Assembly: GCA_973895155.1 (NCBI GenBank) | Contig: OZ316892.1 | Location: 5,984,476 to 6,048,475 of the forward strand | Source: Marsupella aquatica | Taxonomy: Eukaryota > Plantae > Marchantiophyta | Reading direction: 5' to 3' | DNA length: 64,000 nucleotides | Shown here: in pieces, positions 25,641 through 38,780 of the stretch | How the letters are laid out: each line of letters starts with the position of its first letter | Numbering within the stretch: the stretch's first letter is position 1 | Program-made: the position numbers and the translations under genes | Notes under the pieces: model-generated | What the model saw: only the letters and a program-made list of their open reading frames with translations | What the model was told of the DNA's origin: nothing | The model's database searches: none

Positions 25641-28389
25641 GGTATACCATGCATGACTAGGTGGACGTCCACTTGCATTTTGTACATTTTTGGCAAAAAC
25701 TTTTGACGCCACCCATTTATAGTGGCATTCCGGACTTCATATGTCTATTTTATGTGTATTCCGAGTGTATATGAACCTAAACCTAAAGCCCACCCAACTA
25801 AGGTAGCCTAGAAGGATGTTCCATACAAGATTAATGTTTACCACAAACGGCACTCCATTCACATCTCTCCATTCTTGGTACTATTTTCAAATGTTCTCGT
25901 TAACACCATTTTTACCAAGCCTCACACGACTTACTACTCATACGTCCTGGACAGACTCATCATTAACAAAGTCACAAACTACGTAATATTAATCTGACAT
26001 TAACGTCGTTTTAAATGATGTTATCTGCTGATTTGCCTGTTCAATCTGCGTCCAGAATAACATCTTTACTTACGACGTTAATATGTAACGTAGTATGTAC
26101 TGACGTATGTAACGACATTTTGGACGATGTAAACTGTAACCTTTGTTACTTCGTACAAAACGTGCCCTGATTCACGTCGAGTGTGTCGCCTTTCTTTAGC
26201 AGCAAGGAGACATCGGGCTTAACGCCTTCATGTAACATGTAAAAAGTCCTGATAATGTAGTTGTGATGAGAGAGCTGTGAATTTCTAAAGATCGCTCCAC
26301 CACCCAATGTCCACACTTTTTGTTTTCAAAAGTTTTTTAACGGTAGCGACATTTGGTATATCTCTCTATGACCAATGGAATATTACTTTCTTCGGTTGCT
26401 AGATTCCCAGGTATGCAACTCCCCTTTTTATAAAGCAAGTTTTTAATTCCTTATAATGGCCTTATATCCTAGAGCTCATTTTAGTCTACTAAAGTCTTGT
26501 ACCTTTCAACTCAAGGAATCCAAAAATGTAACTTAAAAAAAAACTGAACATGTTTTGATATATACAAAGTCCATCAAAACCAAATTATATGGATTTTTTT
26601 TTAATACAGGGGTGTACAGCCAAACTAGCCAACTTTTTAGGATTTTTATTAAAAAAAATTAAATCTTTTAACAAAAACTACAACACGTATAGGAATATTT
26701 TTTAATTTCATATGGAAAAAGAAGAGAACCAAACCTTTTATATGACTTGACAAATTTGGTAATTGTGATCTAGAGCCCTCCTTTCCAAGTCTACTACTGT
26801 AGGAGGAAGTAGAGCCTTGATACAAGCTAGCGCCGCAATTGGGCCAGCAAATTTAACAAAGAACTCCATGCAATCAAATAATATGTTGGGCAATGCATAG
26901 CAAATAAAATAAGTAAATGAGGGCCAAAAAGAAGTATTGTGCAAGAATGAATCACCTTGCCACAACAATTTTCCCACACACAAAATTGGAAAAGAAAAGA
27001 AAGTTCATCTCACCTCCAAACATGCATGTAGGAAGGTGGGAGGTGGATCAAGGGCAAGGATTCATCTTCAGTGGTCCCATGAATTTGACCCAAACCCAAG
27101 AGAAAATAATAATACCACTCCCATCCTTCCAACACTATTGAAAAGATAAGAAAATCAGGAGTAATAAACCAACAAAGAAACCTAAACAAATCAAAATTCA
27201 TCTATTCTCCACATCATAATTCTCCCACCCATGCTTCATATGTATACTTTCAATGTTATTAGTTAGGTACAACCATGAGATATAGGTGTCCCAATAGGTG
27301 TATCACTTGTAATACTGGGGTAATATCATATTATTAATATATCATGGTACAACCATACACTTATCTCCTATTTTAGTAGTATCTCCCCAAAAGGTTATAG
27401 GCCCACTGTAGGGCAGCCAATAAGCTGGGAGTAAAGGGTTTTACTATTTATGGGTTTATGTTTTCTGGACAACTTCAGAGCCGGAGTGCAAAAAACGATT
27501 GCTAAATACCCATAATCTCTTGTCCAGAAACTCTTGATCAATAACTTTTTCCAGGTCAGTTATTACATACTATGAAGGAGGTCTGGGGCAGGGGTTCTAG
27601 CCTGAACTGTGCTCCCTTAATGCTTGGAAAAGCTTCCTGCATGGCTGCCACCGTCCAGCATTTACTCACTTCAAACTATTACTGGAATTGTGAAAAAGAT
27701 TGGAAAATCTTGTCCAAGAATGCAATAGCCCTGTACCACATTTTTCCATTGTTTTATTGAATCAGATTGAACCATGTTTGTATTCTGATTATTTCTTCAA
27801 TCTAAGTGAACAATGGGGACCACTCTCTAAGCCTAAGTATTCCTCAATCACCAATAGCACACAAGTACTGTGAGGGAAAGGTGAAAGAACCCTCATACCT
27901 GCTACTAACCCCAGCCAATATGTGCTATCCTATACATAATTCCCCCTGTCAAGAAAACAGACCCTGCTTGAGGACCAGCACACAATCCTAGCAATCACAA
28001 AAAAACCTCAACAGTGCATTTGACAGTTTTATTTTGTTGGCTCCTTTCAATTTTGTCTATTCCAATAGTTGATATATTTCTTTCTGACAGCTCAAGTGCC
28101 TAGGATATGTCCCTCGTGAGTTGGTTCAACTTTGGGAGGTGTGTCACCTGTGGCCTGTGACACATTTTATCTGTATCTTTACATCTTCCTAGATTTTAGG
28201 ACAACCATTGCAAGTAAGCTAAAGAAAACTCTTATCTACTAAACAAGTATAGGGGTAGTAAGGGAGATGACTAATTTTGTCCAGCTTCTTGCCTTTGCAT
28301 AAGTAGCCACCCAAAATCTTGGTAACAAGTTGGCAAAAAATACACACTGTCTAGCTACATTGAACATTAGAACTTGACCCTAAAACCAC

Positions 28390-28472
28390 CTAGCTTTGGT
28401 CAGCTGGCCAGGGGGGTTAGCCTAGAACCCATAGCCCCAGATTCAATCCTCCACATGCAAGGGTTGTGGAGG

Positions 28473-28505
<33 letters not shown>

Positions 28506-28831
28506 GTGTAGTAGTGGGAGTCCTGGTTTCTCCTCAGCCCTTGGCTGGTCCGCTTTGGGGCTCTGGTTCAACCCTCTCCCTCCTGGTCTGGGTCATGACC
28601 CCCTTGTGGCTACCCTACCAGGTGCATGCTCTGGAGTTGATGGCCTATCCTCTGTTGGATGGGTCAGCTCTGGGTCATGACCCCCTTGTGGCTACCCTAC
28701 ACCGAGGTGCATGCTCCGGAGTTGATAGACCCTCGGAGTTGATGGTCTATCCTCTGTTGGATGGGTTGATGGTCTATCCTCTCCTCTGTTGGATGGGTCA
28801 GCTTGCTTTTTGATTGCAGGGCAAAAAACAA
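28390..28831 (+). mobile_element. tRNA-like SINE
   Basis: A-box-like TGGTCAGCTGG and B-box-like GATTCAATCC; A-rich tail; 21-bp TSD AGAACTTGACC(CT/AG)AAAACCAC (28369-28389, 28832-28852); internal (GT)n and duplications. Confidence 0.75.
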
Positions 28832-31800
28832 AGAACTTGACCAGAAAACCACTTTGGCTAGAAAAAACACAATGAAGGGCCTCAAATTACACAACACAGA
28901 ATCAAGAAGCTCCGTTGAGCTGGCAGGCAGAACAGAGTCTGCCCATAAAGTTGCCTTGCAGCCAACCAGGTGCCCAAATTACTCTCCAGCACGGCAATTC
29001 CTAAGCAAAAGTTGCTCACTCTAGTGACGAGCTACAGGAGTCCCTGCTCTGGAGCAATTGGGCGCTTTCAACGGCGCTCTACAAATTTCCTAAGTCGTAA
29101 ATCACACAATCTGCAGCTCGCGGAGCTGCAGGGTCGTCAAACCTTATCCAATTCCTTGCATCCTCCGTTCCTCATTGGCCTTCTCCAGTCCTCCTCCTCC
29201 ATCCATGCATCCAGCTTGCCATTGAGCCAGCCAGCCGCCCAGGAAGTTACTCGATGGCACTGCTTACAGTTCTCTTCCTTTACCTCTCTCCTCACTGCTT
29301 CTGGTGCGTCCTGATCAGGAACCTCCTTGTAGCCTTCTCGTAGCCTTCTCTCCTGATCCGCTGAGGAGATCGTGAGGGATTATCTCGAATTTCTTGCTGT
29401 GCTTCAATTGGACTGTTAGGTCCTGAAATCTGGGGATTCACTTTCTCTTCTCTCTGTGGGAGGTGTGAATCTAGACCCTGAATCAGTGCAGTGGATCAGA
29501 CATGCTAACCATTTTGTGGATCTGCTTCTTCATCCAATTTCAGGTTCATTACCTGAGGGTGTTGCGGATATTTCTGAGGTGCTCCTGACCTTGGTCGGTC
29601 AGCTTCAAGAGAGAGAGAGAGGCTCCTGACCTCGGCTACATGCAGCACCCTAGAATTTCAGGGAGTGGAGTTTGGCAATTGGGTTTTCAGGAATTGGGCC
29701 AGAGATGGGCGGCGGCGAGATGTTGACGAAGTTGAGCAGAGTTGCAGTGATGAATCCATCTCTGGGTCGGGATTGGGTTGCGATCCAACATGTAGCACAA
29801 CCCAATTCAGGACGTGATCTCACATGACAGCTGCTGAGCAAAGACACGTCTCGGTAAGTACGTTCTTCGTGCTTCTCACTCAATTGGATTCTTGATTCTG
29901 AACTGTTGATGAACTGCTGGCTGGGGACATGTTTAACCATTTGTGGTGCAAGAGTGGGAAACAAATGGTTGTCCGGTCTTGAGGAGCCAATTTCACCCTT
30001 GTTCCCCACCACACTCGATGCTTGGGCTAAGTTGATAATTTAAAGTGCAAGAAGAACAACGATTGTTAACGATGAACTGGACCTTCTCAGCCAAAGCAAA
30101 TCAGTGTCAGGTCCTGTCCAGAAACAAGTTTACCAGTCTACCTTACACGCCACGCAAAACCTTGTCACTACTATGTTCGGCTTGCATGTCTTATCCGGGC
30201 CATCATTGGATGCAAAACTATCGAAAGGGAGCTATTGGCGGTACAAGTGGGGCACAAACGTTCATCTCGTGAACCAGTTAAAGGAGAGATTTCTAAGCAC
30301 AATATCTGACCAGGTTCGCCCAGACATGTAACGTAAGAAGACTTTAGTGAGCCTGTAGTTTTTGCTCCATAAATTTGTGTGAAATCCTTTACAAGGAATG
30401 GACGGCGAGTTGGTCTTATGTGAGAGAGGATCTTTCACCTGTCGACGACTCAATTCGGTGAGATTTGACTTTCGAGTAGGGTTTTATGTGTGAATTGAGT
30501 AAACGATGATGATCAACGAGTCAAGCTGCTGAAGAAGGAAGCAAAGCTTGGAATTCAAATCACTTTGAAACCCACCGAGAAGATGGTCAATGACGTTTTC
30601 GTCGAGTAGTGACGGACCTGGAGATAAAGCACGATGCGCAGACCACTCAATTTGGAAGTATCTGAATCTCTGTACCGTTTCTATATGTACAGGCAGTGGG
30701 GCAGGTGAAGATAGTGTAGGAAATGGAAGTTAAGTGCGAGGGGAGGGACATATATGCCGCATGCTGCAGGGGGATAAGACTTGACTGATCATTAGAGGTA
30801 TGAGAGCAACTTGAATATGGCATGGAGAGGACGCCCCGTGTTTGGAATAGTGAACCTAGTTGACTGGGTTGAAGTGGAACAAAACCGGAAAGAGAACGAA
30901 AAAACAATTCAGCTAATGAGCAGGATTAAGCTTGCCGTGTATAGAGGAAATTGACACCAATGTTGGATTGGAATTACTAGAGCTCTGTATTGAATTCAGC
31001 GTAGTCCTCTGCTCCCCAGTACGAAACGTCTGTGGTCTACAGTAGGTACTTCTCAAATTTGTGGATCTTGGGCACAGGCTTTTGTGAGCCGCATCTTAGA
31101 CCAAAAGTGTAGATTTGAGATTGGGAGGGTGAACACTATACATCCAAATTGACACTTCGAAGGAAGGGTTTGTTAATTAAAAAATACAGGGATGTAAATT
31201 TTAGAACTGGAAATCGACGTGTGGCAAGGCTCAACGAGAAGATTGGAACAAATATGGAAAGGGTATCAAGAGAAAGCATAGAATACTATCTAGAGATACT
31301 GGACAGTAACTGGCTTTGCGAACAGACTCTAAAGTTACCTCTAGACTTCAGTATCAATATCGAGAAAAAGCTGATACATCGAGAGGTTTGCAAACATATA
31401 AAGGTCGTGAATTAACTACAAAGTCCTTAACCAAATTCAAGTTGGAAAGGAAATAGTTCTCGATATATTTGTGTTTGAATCCTTCTCCGCTCTCAACTCC
31501 ACTATTCTGCTCCTTCTTTGAAATCCACTCCCTGCAGTGATTTGAAATTGCTCATGTGATTTATTGGAAGGTAGTTGGAGGCTGGAATCTAAAATTTAGC
31601 GAGACCATGGCATAGCACATGGAACCATATCTTTCCAGGAGACACAGAAAGTACAGGAGTTTTGCTCCACAGCTTGAGTAAAACCATATCGTGTTAACCT
31701 CCCAAGAGGACTGGTCAAATTTCCATCTAACCTGGCCATGTGAATTGCACATGTAGAAAGCTGAGAGTCTTTTTCACCCTAGCGGTGCAGATTGTAGTAA

Positions 31801-32391
31801 ATACACATGCTCCCTGCTCTAGTAATCTATCTTCAGCTATCAGTTTCTAGCAGTAGAATGTTCAAGATAAGCCAATGCTTATGAACGACCGACAGCATGG
31901 CTGCCTCTATGTGAGATTGGTGCTGGATTAGTGATAGTTGTGTCTTCTTCCACCCTTTACCCTCCTACTGTCATCCAAGTTTCCTTAATGAGATATTGCT
32001 ACAATACTTTCCTCGGAATGCATTCTTTCGGACTAATCGTGCGTTCGTTATGCGGAGTCGTTGGTTGAGGAAGTTCCAACCGGTTCTGCTGTACGAGCTT
32101 GTGTAAGGAAGCCACCCTTGTCTATGATTAAGTCCCTTAAGATAAATGACAGGGAGATCGTGCGAGCGTTGCAAAATGCTGAAGCGCTTCTTCAACGCTG
32201 GAAGTGAGATAGGGAATGGATGAATGAGTGGAACTTGATTTTACAAGGTCTTAACTAGATACAGCTTTGATGTGGCTTTTAGAGTATGACCAAGTCGTGG
32301 CTCTGTTGTCCTGTAAAAAACTTTTTGCTACGAATCGACGGTGATGAGGAATTTGGTCCAGTCATTTTGATTTTAATATGCTTGGTGGCGG

Positions 32392-33285
32392 ATGGTGGCT
32401 CTTGTGATGAACGTTGACCTTGGTGTTATTTTGGGTGCTTCCCTCCAGTCCTATAACAGCATGCGGGAGCTAGTCCACGTTCTTCTGCGAGTTCTACCAT
32501 GGCTCATGACCACAGTTTCTGCCAATGTGATTCACTACTTCTCATTATTGATCGCCAAAGAAGAAGCCCACAGGCAAGTACTAGAAGCTGCAACTCCCAC
32601 GACTGGCAGACGTGGGAGATGGTACCCGGGAAGTGACCCCGAGGAGCATGAGCGCCTGTCGTTTGATCTGATGAACTCTCCAGCCATGAGAAAGGCAAGG
32701 TACCTGGTCAAGCTGGTTCGCTACGGATGCACCTTATTGTATGTCGCACTATTTTGTGACTTTTTGCCAGAGCTTAGCATTGAAACTTTCTCCCCTGGAT
32801 TGGGCACGATAGAAGCACTTGTTGTGGGAGTGCTGGGTGGATTGGTGACCTTGTATTTGAATGAGAATGGGGACTTTGATATAAGGACTTGTTGGAGACC
32901 TGACGTGGACTTTGGCTCCGAGTTCTGGGGTTGGCTATGGGATGGTATCCGGATTGCTGGGGCGTTTGCCACTCCAGTTGAGGATTCACTGATGTATCAT
33001 TCCTGGATATACAGGTCACTCACTTGTTATCTTACAAGAAACTCATACAACAGTTTCATAGACGTTCCATTCTTGGATTGGAATTGGGTAGCATGCATTG
33101 CATCAAATGGCGTGTTTGCTTTGTATAATGGGAAGGAGTGGCGGAGCTCTGGGTTGATAGGAATTCTCTCATTGTGGGTTACAAGCAGGAGAGGCCAGTT
33201 GCTTGATGGAATTCTGGCTCATGGACTCTGTAGAGTGACCATCAGTACCTGGGTTTTGTATACCGGACAACGGCAATATTGGTGA
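32392..33285 (+). CDS. CPBP/Abi (CAAX-protease-like) multi-pass membrane protein with degenerate catalytic motifs; true start may be ATG 32461
   Basis: Intronless ORF with hydrophobic helices; IRIAGAFATPVEDSLMYHS, FIDVPFLDWNW, GQLLDGILAHG..., WVLYTGQRQYW resemble bacterial CAAX prenyl protease-related proteins; splice acceptor at 32448. Confidence 0.7.
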   Translation: MVALVMNVDLGVILGASLQSYNSMRELVHVLLRVLPWLMTTVSANVIHYFSLLIAKEEAHRQVLEAATPTTGRRGRWYPGSDPEEHERLSFDLMNSPAMRKARYLVKLVRYGCTLLYVALFCDFLPELSIETFSPGLGTIEALVVGVLGGLVTLYLNENGDFDIRTCWRPDVDFGSEFWGWLWDGIRIAGAFATPVEDSLMYHSWIYRSLTCYLTRNSYNSFIDVPFLDWNWVACIASNGVFALYNGKEWRSSGLIGILSLWVTSRRGQLLDGILAHGLCRVTISTWVLYTGQRQYW

Positions 33286-35501
33286 CAGTGCTTGTCGCGA
33301 GGCTTGCGTTATTCAGGAGGGAATACATAGAATGTTTGAGAACTCTTCAAAACTCATTTCAAACTAAACGGGAGATTTCACTGTGCCCAGGATGTGGCAT
33401 TCATTTGCTCAAGACCTAGCTCGAGATTGTTCTAAACTCCTAATATCACGACCCTGCATGCCAAGACATCTCCCGACTGCCTCAACTTTGTAATGCTTAA
33501 TAGCGTGCATCCTGCCGTACTTATTGGTTTCGACCAAGAATTGGGCTGACGTATGAATGCTGGTACTTCTGTTGTTTACTTTTCTTATTGCGAGTATCTC
33601 CGTCGCATTTTTTTCCAACCATTGAACCATGAATTCGAGCACCATGGAGGGTTGGGTGTGCTGCATGTCTTCCATTATGGTCAACAACGCTGGTTACTCT
33701 GGAGTCTTGTCTTAGATGTATGAGGGGCATGGATCTTTGGTCACTGACATAAACTGTGAAACGAGAAACAATTCAAGAGCCTAACACAACATCTCTATGA
33801 CTTCATCATCTTAGTTTGCTTTCTAACCACAGACATACACCTGATAAGGCATCAGTTAAGGATTCTAGCATTGCAACCTTAACGAGCCCAGTTTAAGGGC
33901 AGCTATTTTTCTCCCTGAGGATATCTTCCAACGGAGGAATGCCACGATTGGGTCAGCTCAGTAACGACTGACTGGTTGAGATTGAACAACTCACTGAATT
34001 TGTCAAACCTCTTATTAGTGCACAGTTTCAGCATCAAGAGTCTACTCCTAAAGATAAACACAAACTTCCAAAGATAAAATCTCAAATTGCAGACCAACTA
34101 GTGGAAGGACTGCTTCGACTGAGGAGCCCAATCCACGCATACAGTGTACTAGTGTAACAAATCATGAACGAGTAAGTCGGTTAATTGGGTAGGACTCACA
34201 AAGAATTACTCGAGTAGACTGAAATGCGCCTAAAAGGGATTTCCAAGAAACCATGTTAAATTACTCATGAAACAGATTAGAAAAGAGTTTCCTTTTGAGT
34301 CCTCAAAGTCAGCAAGAACTATCACTTGAACATATGCATTTAGTTTTCAAGATGTCTCCAGATAAGGTTCATACTCTCAAGTTGAAATCCCTTGAAGTGT
34401 GCCCTTGCATCAGCCTGCAATGCAAGAGAGCGCTGTAAGTCACCCAAGTAGGACAACTATCCTATCTTGCAGTAACATGGAAATATGATTAAGGAACCCT
34501 AATGAGAAAGCGTTCCTTAGAGAGGCAACGGTGAAACCAAAATTATCTCTGGGAATGGGGAAGACCCATTGAGTTTATTTACAAGAAAAAGAACCAAGGT
34601 CACAAAGGCCCAAACAGAATGAGGGTTTAGGGTTTACTTAAACAGCATTCTTGATCATATATTACTTGAACCCACAATGTTACTTCCTTAATTCAGTTCT
34701 CAAAAACCATCACTATTGGGTACTCGCTCACCCCAAACAAATCCCTTAGTAGATGGCCTTAATCGTTAGTTTTACAACATTGCCACCGATATCATGCACT
34801 GACAATTATGACCCTAGTTTATTCAAAATTCATGATCTCAAATGCATTCATCTATAGTTGAGCTTCTGAGATTTTGTAAATTTTTGTTTTGCCAGTTTGA
34901 AGACGGTCTTGAAATTAGCCCATTAGAGAAGTAATGTCAGCAGTGCCAACCTTTATTTCTGTTTAGAAATTTTCTAATCCTTTTGACACATGGGCAGTAA
35001 GAAATATATCAGGGACACACAAAGACCATAGTTCTACACAATCACTGCAAACAGAATCTCGTGACTTGTACGATATTTCCGTTCTGAATCAGCGCCCTTT
35101 GGCCGTTGCCTTTGTTCTCCATGGAATTATGGTTCTAATTAATGACACACATGAAACATGTACACTTCATCATAGACACGTAGGAAGACAGCGTACAGAC
35201 TTCAGAACTTCTTGTAACTTGAAAGTTGAAACCAACTTCCTGTGATGCATCAGTAACGTTTCCCATTATTGTTCTCGAGGGAGTCGTCAGTTTTGCTTTA
35301 ATTTTTGGTGTACCTGCTTGGGATCCAGGCGAGGCTATGGCCTATGGGACAATCCCATCTCTCCCCACTCCTCCCACTCCCTAGGTCCCAGGATCTACCT
35401 GGACTAGCCTCGGTACCTAGGATTGATTAACTGGTAACGTGAGTGCACGGACGATTATTAGAGTACTGCACTGCACTGAGCTGAAGGAGTACCGCCCTCA
35501 T

Positions 35502-35690
35502 CACTGAAGCAACAGCAGCTATTTACTAGCAAAGCTGAATCAGAGCTCAGCTCTAACACGCGATCGAGCCGTGACAGGCAGAATGGGGCACACTGAAGCA
35601 ACAGCAGCTGCTATTCACTGGCAAAGTTGAATCAGAGCTCAGCTCTAAACACGCGATGGAGCTGGGACAGGCAGAATAGGGCACACTGCC
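35502..35690. repeat. Tandem duplication (~90 bp)
   Basis: CACTGAAGCAACAGCAGCT...GAATCAGAGCTCAGCTCTAA...GACAGGCAGAAT occurs twice. Confidence 0.8.
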
Positions 35691-36299
35691 ACAGTAGCAC
35701 AGGAGCATTGTGGCCGGTCCAGAATTATAGTCCAGACTCCAGAAAAGGAATATATTAATGCTACATCACCGAGAGCAGGAAGGAGCTCACCATACTTACT
35801 ACTGACGGCATCAGTGCTTGATTTGAAGCTTGCGTGAAAATCCTAAATGCTTGTAGATGCCTGCCCCCATTGCTTGCCCCCATTTGCAAGCAATTTAGGC
35901 ACGCACAGCAGAGCAGTGTACGACGGGGCGAGGATGAATTGCCCTGCAGCTCCACGCAGAGACAGGCTGCCCTTCTGTAGCTCGAGCACGAGCTCGTCCA
36001 TGTATAGGTTGCAAGGACACATAGAGACAGGCTGCCCTACTGATTGGGGCTACTTCTACCCTAGTGCCATCTAGTTTGAGGAAAAGATAATCAATTATTT
36101 CAATTTTAGACCTGGCTGGCAAATTATAGGTTGCTTGTGAAACCTTAAATGAATTTCAGGAGAAATTTAAGAACACAGAAGTTTTCATTAAGTGAAAATT
36201 TTACTATAGCCGTACACTGGTCAAATTTTTCTAGAACTACAGTAGTGTACTCAGACACGGAGTAGTAATGTCCACCAAGGTTTCAAGGCACAGAATGCC

Positions 36300-36710
36300 C
36301 TGTTCAGTCCCCAGCCAATGTTTCTACGAATAAAGGTCCCCACATATACAAACAAAAATGTAGCTACTGTGTTCCCAGTAAGGTGAGGGCTCTAGACAAA
36401 ACAATAGTGTTAAGTGAGGGCTCTAGACAATGTTCAGCCATGATTGTTTCTTGGAATGAAGGTCTCCAAAATTACAAACAAAAAAACTAGGGGAGTGCTC
36501 CCGAGCTAAGGGAGGGCATAGACAATCCCCAGCCAATGTTTCTCTGAATGAAGGTCTCCAAATATACAAACAGAATTAGAGAAGTGTTCCCTATCTAAGC
36601 GAGAGCTCTCTAAACAATCCCCAGCACATGTTTTTTTTCTGAAAAAAGGGGTCCAAATGTACACACACAAATTTTGGGTAGTGTTCCAGAGCTAAGTGAG
36701 GGCTCTACAG
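36300..36710. repeat. Degenerate minisatellite, ~100-120-bp unit, about 4 copies
   Basis: Recurrent CAGCCA.TG.TT...AAGGTC.CCA.AT..ACAAACA...AAGTGAGGGCTCTA. Confidence 0.7.
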
Positions 36711-36821
36711 TAGACAGACAAATTAATAAATTATTGGCTATTTGTATGTGGAACATAGGGAGAACCAAAGGGTGATCATGAATTTACCAAGTGACATGAA
36801 AGTCCCTGCAAGAACCTAGAG

Positions 36822-37450
36822 CTTTGAACCTAGAGCTTTGGTCAGTTGTCCAGGGGATGAGCCTAGAACTGAGAGGTCTCAGATTGAATCCCCCCTCCAC
36901 ACACAAGGGGTGTGAAGTGTATAATTATGTGTGTATAGGGTGTAGTGGTGAAAATATTGGTTATCTCCTCAGCTCCTGGCCCTGGGGAATCACTCATTGG
37001 ATTATTAGAATGAGGTGCGAACAAATGAATGTTATTTTTAATCTTGTCGGGCTAATAATTATAATCAAAAATTTATACTAAAAACATTTAAAAATACAAT
37101 CTTGGTAAAAATATTATTTTTTTAATTTAGCAAAGGTAATTAAAAAAATTTCAAAAGGTTTATAATAAAAGCAAAAGTATTTTTTATTTATTTTTATTTT
37201 TTAATTTATTTTTTCAAATTTCAGTGATTTGTTTTCATGTGTTTTAGAGGTTTTATTCTAAGTGGATTTTACTCTAAGTGATTCCCTGGTTGCCAGCTTT
37301 GGGCCCCTGTTTTAACCTTCTCTCCCTCCCTCCTAGTCTGGGTCAGATCCTTGGGTAGGGATCCCTCCTGGCTATCATACATAGAATTGCATGATCTAGA
37401 GGGACTTTTATCCTCTGTTGGATGGGGTATTCAAGGCAGAAAACAAATTA
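36822..37450 (+). mobile_element. tRNA-like SINE with an AT-rich internal insertion
   Basis: Same head and body as the 28390 copy; exact 16-bp TSD CTGCAAGAACCTAGAG (36806-36821, 37451-37466). Confidence 0.75.
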
Positions 37451-37584
37451 CTGCAAGAACCTAGAGTGACAAGGGAAGTGGCCAAGTGAAACTAAATGTC
37501 CATAATCTGTATGGCCTAGCGGGGCCCGGTTTGACCTTGCCCGTCAAACTGGGCGTTTGAGAGCGGCAAATTGACAACCCGGCA

Positions 37585-38140
37585 CCCGGGTTCGGAAGCA
37601 GTCCGGGAAAGGAAACGTCCGGTTCGGGGTTCGGGTTCGGGAGGAGGTTCGGGAGAGGTTCGGGTGGGGGTCCGGGTGACTAATCGGGTCCGGGTCCGGG
37701 TCCGGGTCCGGGGCGGAGGCGCTCGGTGGGGGCTCGGGGTGGGGTCCGGGTGGGGTTCGGGTCCGCTCGGTGGGGGTTCGGGGTGGGGTCCGGGTGCGGC
37801 TCGGGTCCGGGAGGAGGAGGTGCGGGGGGTTCGGGTGGGGGTCCGGGTGGGGTTCGGGTCCGGGTCCGAGGGGTTCGGGTTCGGGAGGTACGGGGGGTTC
37901 GGGTGGGGTCCGGGCCCGGGGCGGAGGCGCTCGGTGGGGGTTCGGGGTGGGGTCCGGGTGGGGTTCGGGTCCGGGAGGCCGGGGTGGGTCCGGGTGGGGA
38001 TCGGGGTTCGGGGTCCGGTTCGGGGTTCGGGGTCCGGTTCGGGGTTTGGAAGTTCGGGTTCGGGATTGAGGCTCGGAGAATTAGGGTTTCGCAATTTAGG
38101 GTTGGAGGATGGGGCCGGCCGGGAAAGGGTCGGGGGCTCG
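37585..38140. repeat. Left subterminal GC-rich repeats (GGGTTCG/GGGTCCG) of the hAT element
   Basis: Dozens of GGGT(T/C)CGG motifs. Confidence 0.85.
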
Positions 38141-38409
38141 GGAGAGGATAAAAGGAGGAGATCCCTCCTCTCCCTCCTCATTTTCGGTTTTGCAGAAAGG
38201 AGGAGAGGAGGAGAGGAGGAAGAGGAGAGGAGAGGAGGAGGAGGAGGAGAGGAGGTGGAGGAGGAGGAGGAGGAGAGGAGGAGGAGGAGGAGGTAAGTGT
38301 TTGGTTTTGGTTTTTATTTTTTATTTTTGGTTTGTTTTTATTTGTTTGTGTTTTGTTTTGTGATTTTTTAAGTTTTTTTTGTGTTTTAAACCTTAACCTT
38401 AGAGCCAAA

Positions 38410-38780
38410 TGGAGGGATATAAAGAAACACTTGTACGCACACGCTTTGAGCCTCGGTTCAGTTTGCGATACTCCGTACAAGAATTTCTTAATATCACCTT
38501 AACAATTTAGTCTCCTTTGTTCATTAAGTAAAACATTTGCGGAGATAGAGGAATCCATGTACGCATGCTTAGAGTTTTGGCTCGGTCTGCGATACTTTGC
38601 ATGGATACCACGATTCGTCGAGAATGTTTTTACTTGAATTACAAATGAGTGTTAAGTTATAGACACCAAATCACATATGTCGAAGCAGGAATATAACAAC
38701 TTTGAAAGAAAAGAACACTTTTGTGCGCATGCTTTGAGCGTCCACTCGGTCTGCGATATTTCACAAGTGTTGTCTTTCTC
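38410..38780 (+). repeat. Left arm of a ~370-bp imperfect inverted repeat (partner 58620-58985), containing three GCATGCTTTGAG..CTCGGTCTGCGATA-like motifs
   Basis: 38411-38510 aligns to the reverse complement of ~58885-58983. Confidence 0.8.

Larger units (their letters stand above)
15751..26265 (-). mobile_element. Complete CACTA/EnSpm DNA transposon (10.5 kb)
   Basis: TIR CACAACTAGATTTT / reverse complement CACAACTACATTAT; 3-bp TSD ATG (15748-15750, 26266-26268); TnpD-type transposase inside. Confidence 0.92.

Noticed and set aside
28850-31450. GC-balanced region with scattered short ORFs and splice donors
   Set aside because: Could be 5' UTR exons or promoter of the 32392 gene, but cannot be delimited from sequence alone
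33409-33687. Short minus-strand ORF with a faint chromodomain-like EILAIRK...QFLV pattern
   Set aside because: Lacks the KW and WE aromatic cage residues, has upstream stops; insufficient support
34196-34415. Exon-like segment on the minus strand bounded by AG/GT signals
   Set aside because: No convincing open frame; needs transcript data
37516-38363. Pro/Gly/Arg-rich ORFs on both strands
   Set aside because: Translation artefacts of GC-rich hAT subterminal repeats and a GAG tract
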